Shown here piece by piece: positions 26,823 through 34,542 of a stretch of 34,542 nucleotides of DNA. The notes beneath the pieces are model-generated. The model ran no database searches. It was not told the DNA's origin and was given only the letters and a program-made list of their open reading frames with translations. Position numbers and translations under genes: made by a program. The stretch comes from Acidobacteriota bacterium (lineage in GTDB: Bacteria > Acidobacteriota > Blastocatellia > HR10 > J050), in the NCBI GenBank assembly GCA_003696865.1, contig RFHM01000475.1:1-34542 (forward strand). The letters run 5' to 3'. Position 1 is the stretch's first letter, and every line of letters starts with the position of its first letter.

Positions 26823-26859
26823 GGGCTACGAATGCCATTTCACCGATCATTCGTAGCCC
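26823..26859. terminator. Strong hairpin between convergent genes (likely an intrinsic terminator, mainly for the plus-strand gene)
   Basis: GGGCTACGAATG (26823-26834) and CATTCGTAGCCC (26848-26859) form a perfect 12-bp stem with a 13-nt loop, followed by T/C-rich tcgctcttcttctc. It sits 12 nt after the stop at 26811 and 22 nt before the stop of the convergent gene. Confidence 0.55.
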
Positions 26860-26880
26860 TCGCTCTTCTTCTCAACGGCC

Positions 26881-28863
26881 TCAGCGAGACGAGGAGAGGA
26901 TGAAATCCTGGCGACTCCGGGGGAGGATCTGATATCCGCTGTCGAACGGTCGGAAACGATCGAATTGCCCGACCACGCCGATGATGCTGAACGGACGGTG
27001 CGGCGTGGCCATGCCTGGGATGTCGGTATCGCGCAGCACGCGGAGGGTCAATTCTCCCGTTCCGTCGCTGATGCGGAGGTTGCCGTTTTGCCCGGGAGCC
27101 GGGATGGAACCATCCACCACCCGCACATGATCGACGCGCACCAGAAGACCCTCCATCGATTCATCGATTTCGGCTAACGTGACCGTCCGAGGGATCACAT
27201 CGTCAATCTGATCGGTGGGCGTCACACCAAACGGAGAAGGAAATGGCGCGTAGGGATACGGATTGGTGACATCGAGTTTGAGGACGCCGTTGAAGGGCAA
27301 CAATCGTCCCACGACGATGACGCGGGCGCCCACATCGACGATCACGCTCTGCGTCCGCAACTCGAAGACATTGATGCCTCCACTCTCATCCTCGACGTAG
27401 ATGTCCGTGTTGGTGCGACTGAACGAGCCGGTTCCCACCGTGACCGTGCCGATGATGCGAGCCGGATAGCCGAGAAACTCCGGCACTCCCCAGTCGTCAT
27501 TTCTGCGGAGGGAAGCAATGGGCGTTACGCCGGCAAAATACCCGCCCCGGACACTGCTCACCTGTCCCTCGCCATCCTCGGCCACGACGTCATACTGGAC
27601 CAGCGCTCCGTCAGGTTGCCCTGGAATCACCCCGATGAAATCGGTGCGAGAGACGCGTCGCAATGGGACGGAGACCTCATCACCCTCGTTGACCCGATAT
27701 CGCAACGTCGCTCCGGCAATGACGTCGCCATCATCGACAATCTGCGCCTGAACGAGATAGGATTCTCCGGCTTGAGGAACGATGGGAGACGTCTGCAGTA
27801 CGATGGACGGAGGGAAATCCGACCGAATGCCTTCCTCGGCGCCATCCACAGGGAAAGGAATGCGGGGGAGACGTCCACCGGTGACCGTGTATGTTCGTCC
27901 ATCCGTCTCGATGAGAAGCGTGCCTCGGGCCGCGACCCCTTGATGGCTCACACTGCTGCCCGGCGGACTGAACTCGGTCTGGAAGACGAATGGTGGACGA
28001 TTGGGCGTGAAATCCCCATCCGGCGGGAAGGGTCGCACGCCGTTGGTCGGCGTCGTATTGATGAAGCGATCGATGACCTGCACCGCCGGATGACCGAATG
28101 GATTATCCCGTCCGACCTGCACGATGCCCACCTCCGCTTTCAACAGGTTCAGAAACGTCGGATTACTCCCGGTTCGGCTGCCGTGGTGATTGAGCTGAAG
28201 CACATCGACATCGCCGACCAGTTGACCGACGATCGACTCCACATCGGTAGTATTATTGCCGCCGCCGGTGAGGTCGCCGGAAATGAATAGATCGAACCCT
28301 CCGTACTGGATGAGCAGCCCGATGCATGCGCTGTTATCCAATTGATCGAGTGGATCGCGGCGGCCAAAAATACCCACTCGACCACCGCTGATCAACTGTC
28401 CATTGACCACGATACAGGTCGCTCGAGCGCCGTCTCCGAGATCGATGATGGTCCCGGGACGAATTTGTCGACGCTGGGGAGCGACGGCATTTCGATATTG
28501 AAAGAAGAAGCTGTTTTGCGGCGCCGTCAGATCGCCGCTATCGTAGGCGATGGCCGGCGGGAAGGCGGCGGCCACCTCATCCAACCCGCCGATGTGGTCG
28601 CCATCATAATGAGTAGCCACCATCACATCCAGGTGATCCAGACCGAGGCTCTCCATCAAAGGGACGATGGCGGCGTCGCCCGCCCCATCCGGTCCTCCAT
28701 CGATCAACATCGTCTTTCCCGTGGGTGAAACGATGAGCGCGGCATGACCCTGACCGACATCGACGAAATAGATGCGCAACGGCACCTGTTGAGAGCGGGT
28801 GAAAGGAACGGAAAGGAAAACGCCGCCGAGAATGAGGCATCCGATGACGAGTCTTTTTGTCAT
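26881..28863 (-). CDS. Secreted metallo-beta-lactamase-fold protein (ComEC C-terminal-like) with a long C-terminal beta-rich extension
   Basis: From ORF 26881..28935. I prefer ATG 28863 (MTKRLVIGCLILGGVFLSVPF..., signal peptide). MBL-type motifs: IYFVDVGQGHAALIV, MLIDGGPDG, ATHYDGDHIGGL, LNHHGS. The ~400-aa C-terminal region was not recognised at family level. Confidence 0.7.
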   Translation of the reverse strand: MTKRLVIGCLILGGVFLSVPFTRSQQVPLRIYFVDVGQGHAALIVSPTGKTMLIDGGPDGAGDAAIVPLMESLGLDHLDVMVATHYDGDHIGGLDEVAAAFPPAIAYDSGDLTAPQNSFFFQYRNAVAPQRRQIRPGTIIDLGDGARATCIVVNGQLISGGRVGIFGRRDPLDQLDNSACIGLLIQYGGFDLFISGDLTGGGNNTTDVESIVGQLVGDVDVLQLNHHGSRTGSNPTFLNLLKAEVGIVQVGRDNPFGHPAVQVIDRFINTTPTNGVRPFPPDGDFTPNRPPFVFQTEFSPPGSSVSHQGVAARGTLLIETDGRTYTVTGGRLPRIPFPVDGAEEGIRSDFPPSIVLQTSPIVPQAGESYLVQAQIVDDGDVIAGATLRYRVNEGDEVSVPLRRVSRTDFIGVIPGQPDGALVQYDVVAEDGEGQVSSVRGGYFAGVTPIASLRRNDDWGVPEFLGYPARIIGTVTVGTGSFSRTNTDIYVEDESGGINVFELRTQSVIVDVGARVIVVGRLLPFNGVLKLDVTNPYPYAPFPSPFGVTPTDQIDDVIPRTVTLAEIDESMEGLLVRVDHVRVVDGSIPAPGQNGNLRISDGTGELTLRVLRDTDIPGMATPHRPFSIIGVVGQFDRFRPFDSGYQILPRSRQDFILSSSR

Positions 28864-29168
28864 ATTTTTTTCCAGCCCCGAGTGAAATGTCAGTGGGCAA
28901 TTATACGCCAAAGATGAACTGCGCTCCACACTCATCCGGCGATGAGTCGGTCAATGATTCCACTCGGCAATGCCGTGGCCCGCTCGGCCGCGGAAGAGTC
29001 AGTCATGGAATGCTCGCCGATTGAACGAGCGCCGCAATGGATTTTACCCATGGTTTAGTGTACACTGAAGAACTCGCTCTCACCGGATCGATCACAGTGA
29101 TCCATTTGGGCTGAGTCATCGAAGGTAGATTGAGCGATCAGGAGCGGGAATTTCACACGGAGGAAAGT

Positions 29169-30584
29169 ATGTCGAAAAAGTCACTCTCGATTTTCACGCT
29201 GGCCGTGGGACTCGTTTTTTTCAGACCGGGATTCAGCGCGGCAGAGATCACCCCGCCGGTTCTCCAGATTACCCGATACACGCTGGATAATGGGTTGACC
29301 GTTCTGCTGCACGAGGATCATTCGGCGCCGGTCATCAACCTGCAGATCTGGTATCACGTGGGCTCGAAAGACGAGCGGCCGGGTCGCACCGGGTTCGCCC
29401 ATCTATTCGAGCATATGATGTTCCAGGGATCCGAACACGTCGGTCCGGAGGAACATGGGCGATACGTACAGGATATCGGTGGTCGATACAATGCCTATAC
29501 GACCTTCGATGCGACGGTGTACTGGGAGACGTTTCCCAGCAATTACCTGGAACGCATGCTCTGGCTGGAAGCTGATCGCATGCGATCGTTGCGCATCACC
29601 GAGGAAAACTTCAAAGCCGAACGCGATGTGGTGAAAGAAGAACGGCGTTTGCGAGTAGAGAATCCGCCTTTCGGGCGCCTGCTGGAGGTCATCCTGGCGG
29701 CGACCTACAAAGTCCATCCCTATCGTCGACCTCCCATCGGCTCGATGAAAGATTTGAACGCTGCCAGCCTCGCCGACGTGCGCGAATTCCATCAGCTCTA
29801 TTACGTTCCCAATAACGCCACGCTGATCATCGCCGGCGATTTTCGTCCTCGACGAGCCATGAAATGGGTCAAACGGCATTTCGGATCCATTCCTCGCGGC
29901 AAGCCGATTCCTCGTCAGCGACCGTCCGAGCCCCCACAGAAAAGCGAACGTCGGGTCATCGAATACGATTCCAAGGCTCCTTTGCCCGCCGTCATCATCA
30001 CGTATCACGTTCCGCAGGACGGGCACCCGGACATCTACGCCCTCAATGTGGCCAGCAACATTCTCAGTGCCGGTCAGAGTTCGCGCCTCTATCGCACACT
30101 GGTATACGAGAAGCAACTGGCCATTGCGGCTGCCGGGCAAACGTTGGCTCTGGAAGATCCGGGAGTGTTCGCCTTCTTCGCTATCATGAACCAGGGACAG
30201 TCGGCCGAGCAGGGCGAACGAGCGCTGCTCCAGGAGATCGAGCGACTCAAACGGGATCTCGTCAGCCAGCAGGAGTTGGAGAAAGCCAAGAATCAGTTCG
30301 TCGCCGAGCTCGTGTTCGGGCGACAATCGGTACAGCAGAAAGCCAGCGCCATCGGGCAAGCTGCCGTCATCCTCGGCGATGCGGTGCTGGTCAACGAGCA
30401 ACTCGCACGATACCAGAAAGTCACCGCCGCCGATGTCCAGCGCGTGGCGCGAACCTATTTCACCGAGCAGAATCGCACCGTCGTCTATATGTTACCCGAA
30501 GCCCTGCGCCCCAAAGGAGATCGGACGCCTGAGCGCCAGCGGACAAAGCTCGATGGCGAAAAACGGGAGGAGCAAGAACGATGA
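29169..30584 (+). CDS. M16 (pitrilysin) family zinc peptidase, catalytically competent subunit
   Basis: From ORF 29130..30584. I chose ATG 29169, downstream of GGAGGAAAG. Signal peptide MSKKSLSIFTLAVGLVFF... Inverted zinc motif HxxEH in GFAHLFEHMMFQGS, with a downstream Glu region (EERRLRVEN). Confidence 0.9.
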   Translation: MSKKSLSIFTLAVGLVFFRPGFSAAEITPPVLQITRYTLDNGLTVLLHEDHSAPVINLQIWYHVGSKDERPGRTGFAHLFEHMMFQGSEHVGPEEHGRYVQDIGGRYNAYTTFDATVYWETFPSNYLERMLWLEADRMRSLRITEENFKAERDVVKEERRLRVENPPFGRLLEVILAATYKVHPYRRPPIGSMKDLNAASLADVREFHQLYYVPNNATLIIAGDFRPRRAMKWVKRHFGSIPRGKPIPRQRPSEPPQKSERRVIEYDSKAPLPAVIITYHVPQDGHPDIYALNVASNILSAGQSSRLYRTLVYEKQLAIAAAGQTLALEDPGVFAFFAIMNQGQSAEQGERALLQEIERLKRDLVSQQELEKAKNQFVAELVFGRQSVQQKASAIGQAAVILGDAVLVNEQLARYQKVTAADVQRVARTYFTEQNRTVVYMLPEALRPKGDRTPERQRTKLDGEKREEQER

Positions 30585-32728
30585 TACGAAGAAAAGGTCT
30601 TCTTTTTCTGACGCTCATGGCGAGCGTTCTCGGGATGCCCGGTTGGGGGTTGGCCCAGCAATCCCAGAAACCGGTCCCTCCACCACCACAACCGCCGGCA
30701 CCCATTCGATTCCCGGCATTCGAACAAAAGACGCTCCCTAATGGATTACGCGTTGTAGTGATCGAACATCACGAGCAGCCGGCAGTGAGCCTCCGATTGC
30801 TCATCAAAGCCGGAGCGATTTACGATCCGCCGGAGAAACCGGGAGTGGCTCAAGCGACGGCGGCATTGCTCGATCAGGGAACCCAGACCCGATCGGCACA
30901 AGACATCGCCCAGGCGATCGATTTTGTCGGCGGCCAGCTCAATGCCGGTGCCGGATGGGACAGCACATTCGTCAGCGCGGCGGTGACATCTGACCACCTG
31001 GATCTGGCCATGGAACTGCTGGCCGATATCGTCCTTCATCCCATTTTCAAGGATGAGGAGATCGAACGTTGGCGAAAACAAACGCTCAGCGGTCTGCGCG
31101 TTCAGATGCAAGATCCCAAGTTCCTGGCCGCCGCCGCCTTTCAGCGACTCGTCTTCGGTCAACACCCTTATGCCCGACCGATCGGAGGGACGTCGACTTC
31201 GGTTCGCGCCATTCGGCGCGAGGACATGGTCCAGTTCCATCGCGCTCACTACCGCCCCAACACGGCCATCATCGCCATCGTGGGCGACGTGCGTCCGACC
31301 GAAGCATTCGCCACGGTGGAGAAATACCTCGGCGGATGGAAGGCCGCGCCGCCGCTGCCTTTGCCTTCATTCTCCACGCCTGAACGGCGAGCGCCGCGCC
31401 TCCTCGTCATCGATAAACCCGATGCTGTACAAACGGAGATCCGCATCGGACAGGTGGGCATCGCGCGGACGGATCCCGATTATTTCGTGGCTCAGGTCTT
31501 CAATGCCATCCTTGGTGGAGGATCGGGAGGCCGATTGTTCCGGGAGATTCGAAGTCGGCGCGGATTGACCTACGGCGCCTACAGCCAATTCGCCGAGCGA
31601 CTGCAGCCTGGATATTTCTGGATCAACACGTACACCAAGACCGAATCCACCGTTGAGGCCATTGACGCCATTTTTCAAGAGATCGATCGCATCCGATCCG
31701 AATCGGTGCCCGCCGATGAACTCCAGGCCCGTAAGGCCTACATCACCGGCGCGTTTCCGCTTCAGATCGAAACGCCCGATGGCATCGCCACTCAAGTCCT
31801 CGATGCCTTGTTCTACGGTTATGGCAAAGAATATCTGGAGACCTACCGCGATCGCCTTCGCGCCGTCACCGCCGAACAGGTGATGACCTTCGCCAAGACC
31901 AGGATTCACCCCGACCGCTCGGTCATCGTTCTGGTGGGCAACGCCAAGGTCTTCGAAGCCGAGTTGAAACAGAAGTTCCCCACGATGGAAAAAATCGCCT
32001 ATGGTGATTTGGATCTGCTCCAACCCGACCTGAAGCGAAAGAAAGACGAAGCGATCGCCGGTCCGGTGAGCGACGCCGAGCGCGCCCGGGCGATGGCCAT
32101 CCTGGAAGCGACGATTCGCGTGCTGGGCGGCGATGCCTTCATTCATCAGAAATCGCAGATCACGCGAGGAACGGGGACTATCTCGCCACCGGGTGCAGCT
32201 CAGGAAATCCCGGTGCCCTCGATCGTCAACTATACCGTTCTGCCCGAGAAAATGCGCATGGAATTCGCTCTGCCTTTCGGAACCCTGGTTCAGGGATTCA
32301 ACGGTCGGATCGGCTGGATGAGCATGGCCGGGCAAGTGCGCGATCAGACCGCACAGATGAAGGAGTCCAGCAAGTACGGCTTCCAGGTGCTGCGACAGAT
32401 TCATCAGCCGGGTTATCGCGTTCGACCACTGGCCGACGCGGAGGTGGCGGGGACGCCGGCGCTGGTCGTCGCCGTCTCCGATGCCGAGGGACACACGACG
32501 GAATTCTTCATCGATCCTCACACTCATCTCGTCCTCAAAACGCGGTATCGGGTGCGAGGACAACAACTGGAAGAGACGTATGCCGAGTACCAGGCCGTAG
32601 ATGGTATTCAAGTCCCTCACCGGGTCACCGTTTTCCAAAACGGCGTTAAACTGTTCGCCTTCTCCGTTGGCGAGGTCGAAATCAATCCCGACATCGATGA
32701 ATCGCTGTTCGAGAAGCCGGAAGGCTGA
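30581..32728 (+). CDS. M16-family peptidase-like subunit lacking the HxxEH motif, with a ~250-aa C-terminal LolA-like extension
   Basis: 715 aa. ATGA overlap with the upstream M16 gene. Signal peptide MIRRKGLLFLTLMASVLGMPGWGLAQQ. M16 fold (GVAQATAALLDQGT stands in place of HxxEH). The C-terminal part (from ~DLLQPDLKRKKDE) has an ...FFIDPHTHLVLKTRY...YAEYQAVDGIQVPHRV pattern that I associate with LolA-like lipoprotein-sorting folds (low confidence). Confidence 0.8.
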   Translation: MIRRKGLLFLTLMASVLGMPGWGLAQQSQKPVPPPPQPPAPIRFPAFEQKTLPNGLRVVVIEHHEQPAVSLRLLIKAGAIYDPPEKPGVAQATAALLDQGTQTRSAQDIAQAIDFVGGQLNAGAGWDSTFVSAAVTSDHLDLAMELLADIVLHPIFKDEEIERWRKQTLSGLRVQMQDPKFLAAAAFQRLVFGQHPYARPIGGTSTSVRAIRREDMVQFHRAHYRPNTAIIAIVGDVRPTEAFATVEKYLGGWKAAPPLPLPSFSTPERRAPRLLVIDKPDAVQTEIRIGQVGIARTDPDYFVAQVFNAILGGGSGGRLFREIRSRRGLTYGAYSQFAERLQPGYFWINTYTKTESTVEAIDAIFQEIDRIRSESVPADELQARKAYITGAFPLQIETPDGIATQVLDALFYGYGKEYLETYRDRLRAVTAEQVMTFAKTRIHPDRSVIVLVGNAKVFEAELKQKFPTMEKIAYGDLDLLQPDLKRKKDEAIAGPVSDAERARAMAILEATIRVLGGDAFIHQKSQITRGTGTISPPGAAQEIPVPSIVNYTVLPEKMRMEFALPFGTLVQGFNGRIGWMSMAGQVRDQTAQMKESSKYGFQVLRQIHQPGYRVRPLADAEVAGTPALVVAVSDAEGHTTEFFIDPHTHLVLKTRYRVRGQQLEETYAEYQAVDGIQVPHRVTVFQNGVKLFAFSVGEVEINPDIDESLFEKPEG

Positions 32729-33091
32729 TGTTCGGATCATCCCGCCGAGGCGCTCAGATCACTCCTCATCGACTCGATCTCCGGCGCCTCGGCAAGACAC
32801 AACCGGGCATCGGCTTTTCGACGAGATTGCCCTCGAACCTCAAGCTCCGATGGATGGAAGGAGCGCCAATGACAAAACCAGGAGTGGTTCGTCCATGAAT
32901 CTCCCGTCAAAGGCATCCTCGATGGCATCGCCTGTGGAGATGTGCCTGCGGCGAACCATGGAGCGCGGCGACGAGTAGTCGTCGCGCTGGATGAGGCGTC
33001 GGGCGAGCGATGCATCGCCCGACAACGACCCCCTTTCACAATGGGAGATTGAACGAAGGCGGCGGCTTCGATTAAACTTGGTGCTGAGACG

Positions 33092-34171
33092 ATGAGGAAG
33101 GCGACGATCGCATTCCTGTTAGTGTGTTGCTTCGGTCTCACCCTCGATCGCGGGTTGGGTCAGGATGCATCCGGGCCCCTCAGCAAGTCGGAACTCCTTC
33201 GGCTCCTCGATCGCGCGCGCCACCGAGAGATCACTCAAGCGGAGATCGCCGCCATCGTCGAACGCCGTGGTCTCAAGTTCATCGTCGATGATCGGATGCT
33301 GGATGAGTTCCGACGGGCGGGCGCTCGTTCCTTCCTGCTCGGAGCCATTAAACGCGCCAGCCGAGCGACAGCGCGCCGGCGTCTTTCCTCCCCCGATGCA
33401 CCTCCCCCTACCATTCCGCCCAAAGCAACTCCGGAAGAGATCCGGGCGCCCGCATCTCGCCGAGATTCTCTCATCGAGCGCGCGCGATATCACGCCCTCC
33501 AATACGTCAGAGAGCTTCCCAACTTCGTCGTCACTCAAATCGTCACCCGTTATGTTCGAACTCCAGGGATGGCGGACTGGCAACGGCAGGATCAGTTGGA
33601 GATTGAACTCACCTATCGAACGGACAGTGGCGAGTCGTTCAAGCTCCTGCGCATCAATGGAGCGCCGACTACGCTCTCATATGAAGAATTGGGTGGCTCA
33701 ACGTCCACGGGAGAACTCGGCTCACTGCTCGCCGGAGTGTTCGCTCCTCAATCCCACGCCACATTCAAGGAAGTGGGACGCGAGACATTTCGCGGGCGAT
33801 CCACGGTCGTCTATGATTTCCGCGTCCTCACCCGCTATTCCAAGAGCCACATCACTGACAAGAATAGTGGCCGAACCATCGTCTCGGGATTTCAAGGGAG
33901 TTTATGGATCGATGTAGAGACGCAACGAGTGCTTCGGCTGGAACTCTCCCACGATGACATCCCGCCCGGATTCCCTATCACATTGGCCGAAAATGCCGTG
34001 GAATACGACTGGGTCACGATCGCCGGCGAGCGCTATCTCTTGCCCGTTCGCGCCGAAGTGCTCCTCGGACGAGACGGCGAGCGCTACTACACCCGCAACG
34101 TCATCGAGTTCCGCCACTACCGCAAATTCGAAGCCGAACTCCAAGTCATCCCTGAGAATTCGCCACCGTAA
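33092..34171 (+). CDS. Secreted hypothetical protein; the C-terminal half may be LolA-like
   Basis: 359 aa. Signal peptide MRKATIAFLLVCCFGLTLDRGLGQ. The C-terminal pattern (RSTVVYDFRV...GSLWIDVETQRVLRLEL...VEYDWVTIAGERYLLPVRAEVL) resembles the tail of the preceding M16-like protein. Confidence 0.55.
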   Translation: MRKATIAFLLVCCFGLTLDRGLGQDASGPLSKSELLRLLDRARHREITQAEIAAIVERRGLKFIVDDRMLDEFRRAGARSFLLGAIKRASRATARRRLSSPDAPPPTIPPKATPEEIRAPASRRDSLIERARYHALQYVRELPNFVVTQIVTRYVRTPGMADWQRQDQLEIELTYRTDSGESFKLLRINGAPTTLSYEELGGSTSTGELGSLLAGVFAPQSHATFKEVGRETFRGRSTVVYDFRVLTRYSKSHITDKNSGRTIVSGFQGSLWIDVETQRVLRLELSHDDIPPGFPITLAENAVEYDWVTIAGERYLLPVRAEVLLGRDGERYYTRNVIEFRHYRKFEAELQVIPENSPP

Positions 34172-34174
34172 TCC

Positions 34175-34542
34175 TCATTGGAATGGTCTGATCAGCCCTC
34201 CGAACAAGGCACCTAATAGAGCGAAGGCAATCATATAGATGAGCCACCCAATGAGACACACGCCTACGGCCCGTCCCGTGCTCGTGTAATCGAGCGCCTG
34301 CCTGACGGCAATGACCATGGCGATGAGCATCCACACGCCGGCGATGAGATGAATCAGTGCTCCCAATATAGGGATGAATCCGAAGACGCGAATGACGCCG
34401 GGAGCGCTGGAGAACCCAATGGTGCGAAGCAATTGCCCATGATCGGCCTGCGTTTGCGGCTCGGGCAACAAGCGCGTGCCCACAAAGTAGGTGATATACG
34501 CCCAGATGAACCACCCAATCAGGGCGATCACCGCTCCACCGA
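34175..34542 (-). CDS. Yip1-domain-like integral membrane protein, N-terminus probably beyond the window
   Basis: From ORF 34175..34531. The track's first codon is GTG, and the frame stays open to the window end. Hydrophobic segments: IALIGWFIWAYITYFVG, VFGFIPILGALIHLIAGVWMLIAMVIAV, VGVCLIGWLIYMIAFALLGALFGG. Family call is low confidence. Confidence 0.5.
   Translation of the reverse strand, partial: GGAVIALIGWFIWAYITYFVGTRLLPEPQTQADHGQLLRTIGFSSAPGVIRVFGFIPILGALIHLIAGVWMLIAMVIAVRQALDYTSTGRAVGVCLIGWLIYMIAFALLGALFGGLIRPFQ

Noticed and set aside
27616-28290. 224-aa plus-strand ORF inside the MBL-fold gene
   Set aside because: It is an antisense shadow. The minus-strand frame carries the metallo-beta-lactamase motifs.
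29403-32740. Minus-strand ORFs 29403..30401 (332 aa) and 31367..32740 (457 aa)
   Set aside because: They are antisense to the two M16 genes, R/G/D/E-rich, with no recognisable motifs.
32737-33141. 134-aa minus-strand ORF in the spacer before 33092
   Set aside because: Poor composition (S/R/A/P-rich), and it overlaps the start of the signal-peptide-bearing plus-strand gene. No SD.

Overview
GC-rich bacterial chromosomal window (judged by eye, not computed). The gene content (PEGA/FGE protein, reaction-centre-type cytochrome c, paired M16 peptidases) vaguely suggests Acidobacteriota, but that is a guess. Most of the window is ordinary housekeeping and envelope genes: glgC, serS, an RNase II/R-family enzyme, an M50 protease, an acyl-CoA mutase, Dpp-type permeases, an ABC-2 exporter and M16 peptidases. 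The standout is the left 6.6 kb, a tightly packed minus-strand operon that reads as a radical-SAM RiPP gene cluster. In transcription order it encodes: a 62-aa precursor with a textbook double-glycine leader and a Val/Ile/Ala-rich, single-Cys, Asp-tailed core (6325-6513); a possible 38-aa micro-ORF; a B12-binding radical SAM enzyme; a radical SAM/SPASM enzyme with an N-terminal RRE-like domain; a stand-alone PqqD-like RRE; an 84-aa unknown protein; a C39 Cys-protease fused directly to an ABC nucleotide-binding domain with no transmembrane domain; and a separate polytopic membrane protein that runs off the window (absent from the ORF track, found by hand). I cannot place this combination in a named RiPP class from memory, and I cannot run database searches. 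Other items worth a second look: an in-frame TGA in a secreted UshA-like protein, followed by a GC-rich hairpin (selenocysteine candidate or pseudogene); galU interrupted in frame by a TAA embedded in a 16-nt homopolymer; two orphan EutN/CcmL microcompartment vertex genes placed divergently from a B12-type acyl-CoA mutase gene; a Fic-fold protein with a degenerate active-site motif; a small ORF bridging two permease genes with ATGA overlaps at both ends; and about 1 kb of apparently non-coding DNA upstream of the precursor gene. No CRISPR array, rRNA gene or recognisable mobile element was seen.
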